Part shown: one piece after another, positions 9,481-17,744 of the stretch
Numbering within the stretch: position 1 is the first letter of the stretch
How the letters are laid out: each line of letters begins with the position of its first letter
From: Vicinamibacterales bacterium
GTDB lineage: Bacteria > Acidobacteriota > Vicinamibacteria > Vicinamibacterales > 2-12-FULL-66-21
Reading direction: 5' to 3'
DNA length: 64,000 bases
Assembly (NCBI GenBank): GCA_035463475.1
Contig: DATHTE010000123.1
Span: 91,775-155,774, forward strand
The notes under the pieces: model-generated
Seen by the model: the letters and a program-made list of their open reading frames with translations, nothing else
Databases searched by the model: none
What the model was told of the DNA's origin: nothing
Program-made: the position numbers and the translations under genes

Positions 9481-10242
9481 ATGAGTAACGACAGAGACAA
9501 CGTCGGAGGGAACCGAAGCTCGACATCGCGGCTCGTCGACTCCGTCGACGCAATGGTCCGCTTGCCGCTCGAGATGACGGGCGCCACATGGGACCTCATG
9601 GTGCGCGGCATGCAGTCGATGACCGGCGGAATGCAGAGTAGGACGGGGCAGCGGAACTGGGATCAGAGCCGGAGCGGCAGCACAGTCCAGAGGACGACAG
9701 TAAGGGCGAACGGCGATCGGACGAGCTCGAGCTCTGGATCCAGCTGGACCTCAGGCTCGACCGGACAGGACGATCAGGACCTCAGCGGTGACGATCTCAA
9801 GTACGTCATCTGGTCCATCGCGTTCACCAAGCCGGGGTTCGAATGCGTGCTCCAGCCGCAGCACGAGGAAATCGTGAACTACGACGCCGACGGCGCGTCG
9901 TTCGCGGCGCTGAAGATCGCGAAGTTCCTCGAACGCGCGCGCCACGGCCGCGTGGACAAACCGGAGGCGTGGGGTGACATGTACCCGCCTGTCGTCTCGA
10001 GGACGAGCGGCCGGAGAACTGAAAGGACAACCGTAGTGACCTCTCCCGAGGGCACGACGGTGGACACCAACGCGGGCACGACGTCGGCATCCTCGAGCGA
10101 GCGCGGCTGGCGTATTCCGGCGGAGGACCAGAAGTACATCACGTTCCTCTACCGCGTGGATCGGCGGTTGCCCAAGGAGACCGAGGTGACGCGCGTGGAG
10201 CGCGTGACGGTCGAGCGCGGCACCTCGACGAAGATCGTCTGA
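9481..10242 (+). CDS. Hypothetical protein (253 aa) with Ser/Thr-rich linkers
   Basis: ATG at 9481 with GAGGAGG upstream. It lies inside the longer track ORF 8704..10242, whose upstream part is antisense to xylB. The N-terminal helix SRLVDSVDAMVRLPLEMTGATWDLMVRGM loosely resembles the N-module of the 21784/24044/33420 proteins. Confidence 0.65.
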   Translation: MSNDRDNVGGNRSSTSRLVDSVDAMVRLPLEMTGATWDLMVRGMQSMTGGMQSRTGQRNWDQSRSGSTVQRTTVRANGDRTSSSSGSSWTSGSTGQDDQDLSGDDLKYVIWSIAFTKPGFECVLQPQHEEIVNYDADGASFAALKIAKFLERARHGRVDKPEAWGDMYPPVVSRTSGRRTERTTVVTSPEGTTVDTNAGTTSASSSERGWRIPAEDQKYITFLYRVDRRLPKETEVTRVERVTVERGTSTKIV

Positions 10243-10266
10243 CGCCGCGCTTCCGGACGAAGCGAA

Positions 10267-10292
10267 GCGCCTCGGGCCATCGCCCGAGGCGC
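10267..10292. terminator. Putative bidirectional hairpin terminator between convergent genes
   Basis: Perfect 10-bp stem GCGCCTCGGG (10267-10276) / CCCGAGGCGC (10283-10292) with a 6-nt loop. It sits in the 90-bp gap between convergent CDSs. There is no clean U-tract. Confidence 0.5.
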
Positions 10293-10332
10293 CTCGATTC
10301 GCGAGGCAGCCACGAGCGCGCATGAACGTGGG

Positions 10333-12024
10333 CTAGAAATGGCCGAGCCGCGTGATGCCCTCGCCTTCGACGCAATCGTACGCGCTCCCGGAGCGAAGCG
10401 ACTTGTACTCCTCCGTCCTGCCGCTCGGCCAGATGAGATGCACGCGGTCCACGACGTCCTGCCGGCCGAGGCCGAAGGTGACCGGCAACTCTGACTGCGA
10501 CAGGTAACTCGATCCGCACTTCACCATCCGCGTCTGCGTCGTCCCACCGTGCTCAATCCTCACCGTCGCGCCGATGCCGTCCCGGTTGGACCGTGTTCCT
10601 CGCAGCCGGAACCGGATCGAACGTCGCGCTGACGGGTGATCCGCGCGGAACAGCTGCGCCGGTCCGTTGTTGGCGGTCAGCAGCAGGTCGAGGTCGCCGT
10701 CGCGATCGAAATCGCCGCACGCCAGGCCGCGGCCGACCTTCGGCGTGACGAAGGAGGCGCCGGCCGCTGCGGCGACGTCCTCGAAATGGCCGCCGCGGTT
10801 GAGGAACAGCTGCGGCGGCTGCGCGTAGCCGACCGGGCCGCGCATTTCGCGCAGCGGCTCGTCGATGTGCCCGTTCGCCACCACGAGGTCGAGCCTGCCG
10901 TCCAGGTCCATGTCGGCGAAGACGCACCCGAAGCCGAGCGTGTGTCGCGACGCCGTCCCGACGCCGGCCCGGATCGCGACATCTTCGAACCGGCCCGGCC
11001 GGACCTCACGGTACAGCCCCATCATCTCGTTCTCGAAATTCGTGATCGCCAGGCCGAAACGGCCGGAGTTGTCGAAGTCCCCAACGTCAACGCCCATTCC
11101 GGCCCGCGCCTTGCCGTCGGCGCTGAAGGCCACGCCCGCGTCGAGCGCCACGTCGCGGAAGGTCCCGTTGCGCAGGTTGCGATACAGCTTGTTCGGCTGC
11201 GTGTCGTTCGCGACCAGGAGGTCGGGCCAGCCGTCGACGTCGTAGTCGAACATCGCGACGCCGAGCGACTTCGAGCTGGTGTCGAAGATCCCGCTCGTCG
11301 CGGTGACGTCCTCGAACGTGCCGTCGCCGCGGTTGCGGAACAGCCAGCACGTATCGCCGCGGTACGCTTCGGGTGTGCAGTAGGACTTGCGCTGGCCGTT
11401 CGCGCTGCAGAAGACGTCGTGCTCGGGCGACCACTTCACGTAATTACAGACGAAGAGGTCGAGCCGCCCGTCACGGTCGTAGTCGAACCACAGCGCCGAC
11501 GTGCTGAGGGCGTGCCGTCCGCCGAGCCCGCTCCGCTCGGTCACCTCCACGAAGGTGCCACGTCCGGTGTTGCGGAAGAGGCGGTTCTGGCCGACGCACG
11601 TGATCAGCAGATCGGGAAAACCGTCGTTGTCGTAGTCGGCTGCGGCGACGCCGAGCCCGTACGTTTCCACGTCGAGGCCGGCGCGCCGTGTCACGTCCGT
11701 GAACGTGCCGTTGCGATTGTTGTGAAACAGCCGCGGGGTCGATCGTCGCCGCTTGTGCCCCGGCCAGTCGCATCCGTTCACGAGGAGGATGTCCGTCCAG
11801 CCGTCGGCGTCGTAATCGATGAACGCGCATCCGGAGCCGAGCGTTTCGGGCAGCAGCTTTCCGCCGTATGCCCCGTTGTTGTGGCGGAACGGCACGTGGG
11901 CTCTCGCCGTGACATCGACGAGGCGCACGCCCGGCTCGGCGGGCTGCGAAGCGGCCGCGGGAGGGCGGATCGCGCCGGCAAGGCCCGCCGCCCCCATCGC
12001 CCGGATGAACTCGCGCCGGTTCAT
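10333..12024 (-). CDS. CRTAC1-family protein (FG-GAP/VCBS repeats + ASPIC/UnbV C-terminal domain), Tat signal
   Basis: MNRREFIRAMGAAGLAGA (twin-arginine signal). Repeated DYDxDGxxDL..xN.....L[FY]RN.G.GTFxDV units. C-terminal NRDGIGATVRIEHGG...SSYLSQSELPVTFGLG...IWPSG. Confidence 0.9.
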   Translation of the reverse strand: MNRREFIRAMGAAGLAGAIRPPAAASQPAEPGVRLVDVTARAHVPFRHNNGAYGGKLLPETLGSGCAFIDYDADGWTDILLVNGCDWPGHKRRRSTPRLFHNNRNGTFTDVTRRAGLDVETYGLGVAAADYDNDGFPDLLITCVGQNRLFRNTGRGTFVEVTERSGLGGRHALSTSALWFDYDRDGRLDLFVCNYVKWSPEHDVFCSANGQRKSYCTPEAYRGDTCWLFRNRGDGTFEDVTATSGIFDTSSKSLGVAMFDYDVDGWPDLLVANDTQPNKLYRNLRNGTFRDVALDAGVAFSADGKARAGMGVDVGDFDNSGRFGLAITNFENEMMGLYREVRPGRFEDVAIRAGVGTASRHTLGFGCVFADMDLDGRLDLVVANGHIDEPLREMRGPVGYAQPPQLFLNRGGHFEDVAAAAGASFVTPKVGRGLACGDFDRDGDLDLLLTANNGPAQLFRADHPSARRSIRFRLRGTRSNRDGIGATVRIEHGGTTQTRMVKCGSSYLSQSELPVTFGLGRQDVVDRVHLIWPSGRTEEYKSLRSGSAYDCVEGEGITRLGHF

Positions 12025-12653
12025 CGGAGGTGGACGAGCCCGGACTGGATCGCGTACACCACCAGTTCAGCAGTCTTGTGGACGTCGAGCGCGTTCATGA
12101 TGTTGGCGCGGTGGACGGCGATTGTGTTCACGCTCAACGACAGGCGCGCGCCGATCTCCCGGTTGGAGAGCCCCTGGCAGATCAGCTCCAGCACCTGGAG
12201 CTCGCGCGCGGTCAGGGTGCGGGATCGGTCCCCCTTCCTGGGCGTGTCGGGGACGCTGAGTCCCGGGTCGAGAACCTGCTCCCCCGAGGCGACCTTCCGC
12301 ACCGCCGCGGGCAGATCCAGGTCGAGCGCGCTCTTCAGGATGTACCCGCGGGCGCCCGCGTCGAGCGCCTGCCGGACGAGCGTGCTCTCCGCGTGCATGC
12401 TCAGGATCAGGACGGCGATCCCGGGTGAGGCCGCGAGAATCTGGCGCATCGCCACCAGCCCGTTCACGCCGGGCATCGCGCAATCCATCACCACGACGCG
12501 GGGGGCGAGGCTGGCGGCCAGCGGCACCGCCTCGTCGCCGGTGCTCGCCTCGCCAACGACGACGATCCCGGGGTCATCTTCCAGGAGGCGGCGAAACCCG
12601 CGGCGGACGAGAACGTGATCGTCAACGAGAAGAACGGTAATCGCTTCGGTCAT
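12021..12653 (-). CDS. NarL/FixJ-family response regulator (REC + LuxR-type HTH)
   Basis: ATG at 12653. VLLVDDHVLVRRG...VVVMDCAMPGVNG (phospho-acceptor Asp region) and LTARELQVLELICQGLSNREIGARLSLSVNTIAVHRANIM (LuxR HTH). ATGA overlaps at both ends (12650-12653 and 12021-12024). Confidence 0.95.
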   Translation of the reverse strand: MTEAITVLLVDDHVLVRRGFRRLLEDDPGIVVVGEASTGDEAVPLAASLAPRVVVMDCAMPGVNGLVAMRQILAASPGIAVLILSMHAESTLVRQALDAGARGYILKSALDLDLPAAVRKVASGEQVLDPGLSVPDTPRKGDRSRTLTARELQVLELICQGLSNREIGARLSLSVNTIAVHRANIMNALDVHKTAELVVYAIQSGLVHLR

Positions 12654-13987
12654 ACCCCTTGTGCGTTGGCCGGGACGCGTAGCCGGACCAGCGTGCCGCC
12701 CCCGGGCGGTGTCGCGAACTCGATTGTGCCGCCGACCAGCTCGGCGCGCTCGCGCATCGACACCATGCCGAGGCCGCGCCGATCGGGCGAACCGTTCAGA
12801 CCGGCCCCGTGGTCCTCGACGTCCAGCTCGAGGGTGCCGTTGACGGCGCGGAGGCGCACCGCCGCCTCTGCCGCGCCAGAGTGGTGCGCCACGTTGCGCA
12901 ACGCCTCCTGGAGGATGCGGTACACGTGGATGCCGGTTTCCTTCTGGACGCGCACGGGAGGTCCCGACCTCTCGAACGAGACCGTGATGCCAAGCTGGCG
13001 CTTCACGTTCGACATATACCACTCGACCGCCTCGTCCAGCCCCGCGTCGTCGAGAATCGAGGGGTGCAGGGCCTGCGAGAGACTGCGCACGTGGTCCAGC
13101 GTGGTCTGCGCGATCTCGGAGACCTCCCGCAGCTCGGCGCGCAAAGGGGACGCCTCGGGCGCGTGATTGCCGGCACGCCGCAGCATTGAACCCATCGCGG
13201 TGAGCATCTGCCCGAACTCGTCGTGCAGCTCGCGCGCGAGGGCGCGCAAGGTGGCTTCCCGGGCCGCAATGAGCTGCTGCGCGAGCTCGCGCCGCCGCTC
13301 CGACAGCGTTCCGATCTCCGCGAACAGTCGGCGGTTGGCGCGAATGACCGAGGCACTGGCCAGGATGATCGCCACCAGCGTGGCGCCCAGGAATAGGTAC
13401 ACCTGTCGCTGGACGTCGCTGTAGATGCCCTGCACCTGGAGCGCCATCTGCTGCTCGCTCTCGTTGTTCTCGACGAGAAGGCGGGCCACGGTGGTGGCAA
13501 GCGCCGCCTGTCGCGCAACGAGGGACAGCCGGATCTGCGCGCGAGCCTCGTCCTCTTGGCCGTCTCGCGCCATCGCGAACATGCGATCCACGGCGTCCCA
13601 GAACTGCGTCACCGAGTTGCCCAGGAACTCGCGCTGGCCGGGGCTTCGGCGGTGCATCGCCAGCGCTTCCTCGCGTCGCAGCGCGTCAGCCAGGTCCAGC
13701 CGGATGCGGTCGAGCTGCGAGCTCCACGCCGTGAGCGGGTATCGCCCCTCGGTGTCGATCATGTCGCGCATCGCAAGCGCAAGGAGGTTCAGGTTGTTCT
13801 GGATGCGCAGCAACTGGAGCGAGTCCTTGCGGCTTCGCTCGGCGAAATCGGTCTGGAGCGCCCGCAGCCGGGCGATCTGCTCCGTGATGTACCACGAGTA
13901 GGCCAACACGGCAGCAAGCGTGATGAGTAGCCCGATGACGAGCCCGATTGTCGGCGAGCGGCCATGCCCGCGCGATGGTGCCTCCAT
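12650..13987 (-). CDS. Sensor histidine kinase (periplasmic helical sensor, HisKA_3 + HATPase_c; NarX/DegS type)
   Basis: Two TM helices flank a roughly 160-aa helical sensor. ELHDEFGQMLTAM is the H-box of HisKA_3. LQEALRNVAHHSGA (N box), DHGAGL and GLGMVSMRERAELVGG (G boxes). Confidence 0.9.
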   Translation of the reverse strand: MEAPSRGHGRSPTIGLVIGLLITLAAVLAYSWYITEQIARLRALQTDFAERSRKDSLQLLRIQNNLNLLALAMRDMIDTEGRYPLTAWSSQLDRIRLDLADALRREEALAMHRRSPGQREFLGNSVTQFWDAVDRMFAMARDGQEDEARAQIRLSLVARQAALATTVARLLVENNESEQQMALQVQGIYSDVQRQVYLFLGATLVAIILASASVIRANRRLFAEIGTLSERRRELAQQLIAAREATLRALARELHDEFGQMLTAMGSMLRRAGNHAPEASPLRAELREVSEIAQTTLDHVRSLSQALHPSILDDAGLDEAVEWYMSNVKRQLGITVSFERSGPPVRVQKETGIHVYRILQEALRNVAHHSGAAEAAVRLRAVNGTLELDVEDHGAGLNGSPDRRGLGMVSMRERAELVGGTIEFATPPGGGTLVRLRVPANAQGV

Positions 13988-13989
13988 AA

Positions 13990-14031
13990 TTGATCGCCCG
14001 CAGGTTGATCGCCCGCAGGGGCACCTATACT
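13990..14031. promoter_or_regulatory. Perfect 15-bp tandem direct repeat (TTGATCGCCCGCAGG x2) plus a TATACT box, in a 54-bp divergent intergenic region
   Basis: 13990-14004 and 14005-14019 are identical. TATACT lies at 14026-14031, 10 nt before the KS ATG (14042). The region lies between the kinase start (13987, minus) and the KS operon start. Confidence 0.6.
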
Positions 14032-14041
14032 ATTCCGGCTC

Positions 14042-15262
14042 ATGGATGCACGTCCACGCGTCGTGATCACGGGAATCGGGGTCGTCACCTCGATTGGCAC
14101 CGGCGTCGGGCCGTTCTGGCAGGCGCTTCTCGCCGGCTCGTGCGGCATCGGCCCGGTCGCTTCGTTCGACACGACCCGGCACGCCGCGCACATCGGCGGG
14201 GAGGTGAAGGGCTTCGATCCCTCGAAGTTCCTTCGGCGCCTCGCGCCCACGTCAATGGGGCGTGCGTCCCAGATGGCAATCGCGGCGGCGCGGCTTGCCC
14301 TCGAGGACGCCGGCTTCGCCAATGGGGGCCCGTATCCCGCGGGAATCGGGGTCTCGCTCGGGACGACGTCGGGCGAGCCCACCCTGATCGAGCGGTTCAA
14401 CGAACTGGAGGTCGCCGGGACACGCGAGGCGATCGGCGCGGAGTTCATCGAAAAATATCCGTGTCATACGATCGCGGCGCACGTGGCGTCCGAACTCAGC
14501 TTCACCGGACCCAACCTCGTCATTCCCACGGCCTGTGCCGCGGGAAACTACGCCCTCGCCTTCGCCTCCGACGCCATCCGCGCCGGAACGGTGGACGTGA
14601 TGCTTGCCGGCGGCTCCGACTGCTTCTCCCGGATCACATACACTGGCTTCTCGCGACTGGGCGCGATCGCGCCGGAACGCTGCCAGCCGTTCGACCGGAA
14701 CCGGAAGGGGATGGTGCCCGGCGAGGGGGCGGCGGTGCTGGTGCTGGAGCGGTTCGACCGGGCCGTCGCGCGAGGGGCGCGGATCTATGCGGAGCTGGCC
14801 GGCTACGGGCTGACGTGCGACGCGAACCACATGACCGCGCCGCAGGGGGACGGCGCCGTCCGCGCGATGCAGCTGGCGATGGCGGATGCGGGCGTCGAGC
14901 CTCACGAGGTCAGCTACATCAGCGCTCACGGGACCGGAACGGCCGTGAACGACCGCGTCGAGACGGCGGCGGTCAAGCAGGCGTTCGGTGGCGCGGCGCC
15001 GCACGTGCCAATAAGCTCCATCAAGTCCATGCTCGGGCACACGATGGGGGCCGCGTCGGCCATCGAAGCGGCGGCGTGCGTCCTCGCGGTGTACGATGGG
15101 ATGTTGCCGCCGACGATCAACTACGAAACGCCGGATCCCCAGTGTGACCTCGACTACGTTCCCAACGAGGCGCGGCGTCAACCGGTGGACGTCGCCATGA
15201 ACAACGCCTACGCGTTCGGGGGGAACAACGCCTCGGTGATTGTGCGAGCGTGCCGGCCGTGA
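14042..15262 (+). CDS. Beta-ketoacyl-ACP synthase (KAS II / FabF-like) with intact Cys-His-His triad
   Basis: VVITGIGVVTSIG; GPNLVIPTACAAGNYA (active-site Cys); YISAHGTGTAVND (His); SIKSMLGHTMGAAS (His); NAYAFGGNNASVIV. Confidence 0.95.
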   Translation: MDARPRVVITGIGVVTSIGTGVGPFWQALLAGSCGIGPVASFDTTRHAAHIGGEVKGFDPSKFLRRLAPTSMGRASQMAIAAARLALEDAGFANGGPYPAGIGVSLGTTSGEPTLIERFNELEVAGTREAIGAEFIEKYPCHTIAAHVASELSFTGPNLVIPTACAAGNYALAFASDAIRAGTVDVMLAGGSDCFSRITYTGFSRLGAIAPERCQPFDRNRKGMVPGEGAAVLVLERFDRAVARGARIYAELAGYGLTCDANHMTAPQGDGAVRAMQLAMADAGVEPHEVSYISAHGTGTAVNDRVETAAVKQAFGGAAPHVPISSIKSMLGHTMGAASAIEAAACVLAVYDGMLPPTINYETPDPQCDLDYVPNEARRQPVDVAMNNAYAFGGNNASVIVRACRP

Positions 15263-16485
15263 ACGCGTGCAGGAGCGTCGTGATCACCGGCATGGGGGCC
15301 ATCTGCGCCCTCGGCGACCGGCTCGACCAGGTTTTTGCCGCGCTTTGCGAAGGAGCGCGGCCGTTCGCGTCTCCGACCCTGTTCCCGCCCGACGCGGCGC
15401 CGGGACATCTTGCCGCGGAAGTGCGCGAGTTCACGCCCGAGCGCTATCTGCGCCCGGGCAACATCCGGCCGCTCGATCGGACCGGGCGTCTCGCGCTCGT
15501 CGGCGTGGAGCTCGCGCTGGCGGACAGCGGCTGGTCGATCGAGCTCCGCAAGACGCGCGACGTCGGCCTCGTCTGGGGCACGATGCTCTCCGGCGTGCAC
15601 ACGATCGGCGAGTTCGACCGCCGCGCCCTGCAGGCCGGCCCCGAATACGCGAGCGCGCTCGACTTTTCGAACACCGTGCTGAACGCGGCCGGCGGCCAGG
15701 TCGCGATCTGGCAGCAGCTTCGCGGCATCAACTCGACCACGGCCGGCGGCGCCGCGTCCGGCGTGCTGGCGCTCGGCTACGCGGCGCAGCTGATTCGGAC
15801 CGGCCGGGCGGACGTGCTGCTGGCGGGCGGCGCCGAGGAGCTTTCGTTCGAGTCGTTCCTCGGCTTCGCGCGCGCCGGCTGGCTCGCGTGCCAGCATGAC
15901 GGCGTCGAGGCATGCGCCGTCCCGTTCGACGCCACCCGCAACGGCGCGGTGCTCGGCGAAGGGGCGGCCTTCCTCGTGCTCGAAGCGGAGCAGACGGCCG
16001 TGGAACGCGGGGCGCGGATCATCGGGCGGGTCCTCGGCAGCGCCAACGGTTACGATCCCGGCGCCCGGACGCGCGGCGCCGAACAGGGGAAGCCCCTCGC
16101 CGACACGATTGCGCGGGCGCTCCGCGACAGCGACACCGAGGCGCGCGCCATCGGCGTCGTCTCCGCGTCGGCGCATGGCAGTCCGGTGCTCGACCGGCGC
16201 GAAGCTGCCGGCATCGAAGCGGCGCTCGGCGCAAGGACGCCGGTGACGGCGATCAAAGCGATGACCGGTGAAACGCTCGGCGCCTCCGGTCCGCTGCAGG
16301 CGATCGTGGCGATCGAGGCGATGCGCGCGGGACGGCTGCCGGGAATCGCGGGCCTCGTCACGCCGGATCCCGCGGTCCGTCTCGACATCGCCGCCGCCAC
16401 GCGGCCGCTCGATGCCTCGCGCGCGCTCGTGACCGCGCTCACGCCAGAGGGCAACTGCGCGGCCCTGGTGCTTCAGGTCGGCTGA
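15250..16485 (+). CDS. Ketosynthase-fold partner lacking the catalytic Cys and second His (chain-length-factor-like)
   Basis: It has the KS fold (VVITGMGAICALG, LLAGGAEE, VLGEGAAFLVLE). The Cys position reads INSTTAGGAASG (Gly) and the GHT motif reads AIKAMTGETLGASG (Glu). It overlaps the upstream KS by 13 nt. Confidence 0.85.
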   Translation: MPAVNACRSVVITGMGAICALGDRLDQVFAALCEGARPFASPTLFPPDAAPGHLAAEVREFTPERYLRPGNIRPLDRTGRLALVGVELALADSGWSIELRKTRDVGLVWGTMLSGVHTIGEFDRRALQAGPEYASALDFSNTVLNAAGGQVAIWQQLRGINSTTAGGAASGVLALGYAAQLIRTGRADVLLAGGAEELSFESFLGFARAGWLACQHDGVEACAVPFDATRNGAVLGEGAAFLVLEAEQTAVERGARIIGRVLGSANGYDPGARTRGAEQGKPLADTIARALRDSDTEARAIGVVSASAHGSPVLDRREAAGIEAALGARTPVTAIKAMTGETLGASGPLQAIVAIEAMRAGRLPGIAGLVTPDPAVRLDIAAATRPLDASRALVTALTPEGNCAALVLQVG

Positions 16486-17723
16486 TGGCGCACAACCCCA
16501 AGGTCGAGGGCCCGCATCCCACCGCCCCGCCTGCGGCCGGACTTCCTCTCGTGCCGCGGTTCAGCGCCCAGGGCTACAGCCAGGAAGAGGTGCGGCAGCG
16601 GCGAGCGTGGGTCCAGGACCAGGCCGGAGTGGAGCTTCCGCTCGTCGCATCGTGCGCGATTCCGACCGAGCAGATGCGCGGCAACATCGAGAACCCGATC
16701 GGCGCGGTGCAGATGCCGCTCGGCATCGCGGGGCCGCTGCTCGTGCACGGCGAGCACGCGCGCGGCATGTTTTACGTGCCGATGGCGACCACCGAAGGAG
16801 CGCTCGTCCGGTCCTACGAGCGCGGCATGGTCATGCTCACGCGCGCCGGCGGTGTCACGGTCCGCGTGTTCGCGGACGAGAACCTCGTCTCGCCGATCTT
16901 CACGTTCGAGTCGGTCGCGGAGGCGCACCGCTTCGTCGCGGAGCTGCCGCGGCACTTCGATTCGCTCCGCGCCGAGGCCGAGTCCACGACCCGGCACGGC
17001 CGCCTCCTGCGCGTCGAGCCGCGCCCCTCCGGCCGGGCGGTCATCGTCAACTTCTACTACCACACCGCCGACGCCCAGGGCATGAACATGATCGTCAAGG
17101 CCACCGAGCACGCGGCCGCATGGCTCGTGGCGCGCGGCGTGGCGCCGCGCTTCAGGGTGTTCAGCGGTCTCAGCAGCGAGAAGCGGGCGAGCGGGTTCCT
17201 GCTAGGCGGCGGGAAGGGGAAGCGCGTCGTCGCGGGGGCCCGCATTCCGGCGGGCGTGCTGCAGGCGTACATGCGCGTCGCGCCGCAGGAGATGGCGGCC
17301 GTCTGGCACGACACGGTCATCGGCCATCTGCAGGCCGGCGCGATCGGTTACAACGGGCACTATGCCAACGGCCTCGCTGCCATCTTCATCGCGTGCGGCC
17401 AGGACGTGGCCAACGTCGCGAACGCGGCGGTCGGCATCACCGACTACGAAGTGACGGCCGAGGGGGACCTGCACGCGAGCGTCACGTTGCCGTCGCTGAC
17501 GGTCGCCACCGTGGGAGGGGGGACCGCGCTGGGCACCAGCCGGGAGTGCCTCGGCATCCTGGGCTGCGCAGGCGCGGGGCACGCGCGGAAATTTGCCGAG
17601 ATCGTCGCGGCCGCCTTGCTCGGCGGCGAGCTGTCGATGGCCGGCGCGATCGCGTCCGGTGAGTTCGTCGCCGCGCACGAAACGTACGGACGCAATCGCC
17701 CTCCAGGCGATGGCCGGCCCTGA
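16485..17723 (+). CDS. HMG-CoA reductase-fold enzyme (class I-like catalytic domain)
   Basis: ENPIGAVQMPLGIAGPLLVHG, PMATTEGALVRS, DAQGMNM, TVATVGGGT, and LGGELSMAGAIASGEFVAAHE, which aligns to the ...GELSLMAALAAGHLVKSH C-terminal catalytic-His segment. The start shares a base with the upstream stop (TGATG). Confidence 0.9.
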   Translation: MAHNPKVEGPHPTAPPAAGLPLVPRFSAQGYSQEEVRQRRAWVQDQAGVELPLVASCAIPTEQMRGNIENPIGAVQMPLGIAGPLLVHGEHARGMFYVPMATTEGALVRSYERGMVMLTRAGGVTVRVFADENLVSPIFTFESVAEAHRFVAELPRHFDSLRAEAESTTRHGRLLRVEPRPSGRAVIVNFYYHTADAQGMNMIVKATEHAAAWLVARGVAPRFRVFSGLSSEKRASGFLLGGGKGKRVVAGARIPAGVLQAYMRVAPQEMAAVWHDTVIGHLQAGAIGYNGHYANGLAAIFIACGQDVANVANAAVGITDYEVTAEGDLHASVTLPSLTVATVGGGTALGTSRECLGILGCAGAGHARKFAEIVAAALLGGELSMAGAIASGEFVAAHETYGRNRPPGDGRP

Positions 17724-17744
17724 CCCGGGCGCACGCAGTCGTAG

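Noticed and set aside
10636-12618. 660-aa plus-strand ORF
   Set aside because: Antisense to the CRTAC1 gene and the response regulator. The composition is low-complexity and Arg/Ala/Val-rich. The opposite strand carries unmistakable FG-GAP/UnbV and REC/LuxR motifs.
16485-17723. Interpretation as part of a mevalonate isoprenoid pathway
   Set aside because: No HMG-CoA synthase, mevalonate kinase, phosphomevalonate kinase, diphosphomevalonate decarboxylase or IPP isomerase is present in the window. The gene is start/stop-coupled to a KS partner instead. This is not excluded genome-wide, so it is kept as a refutation test.
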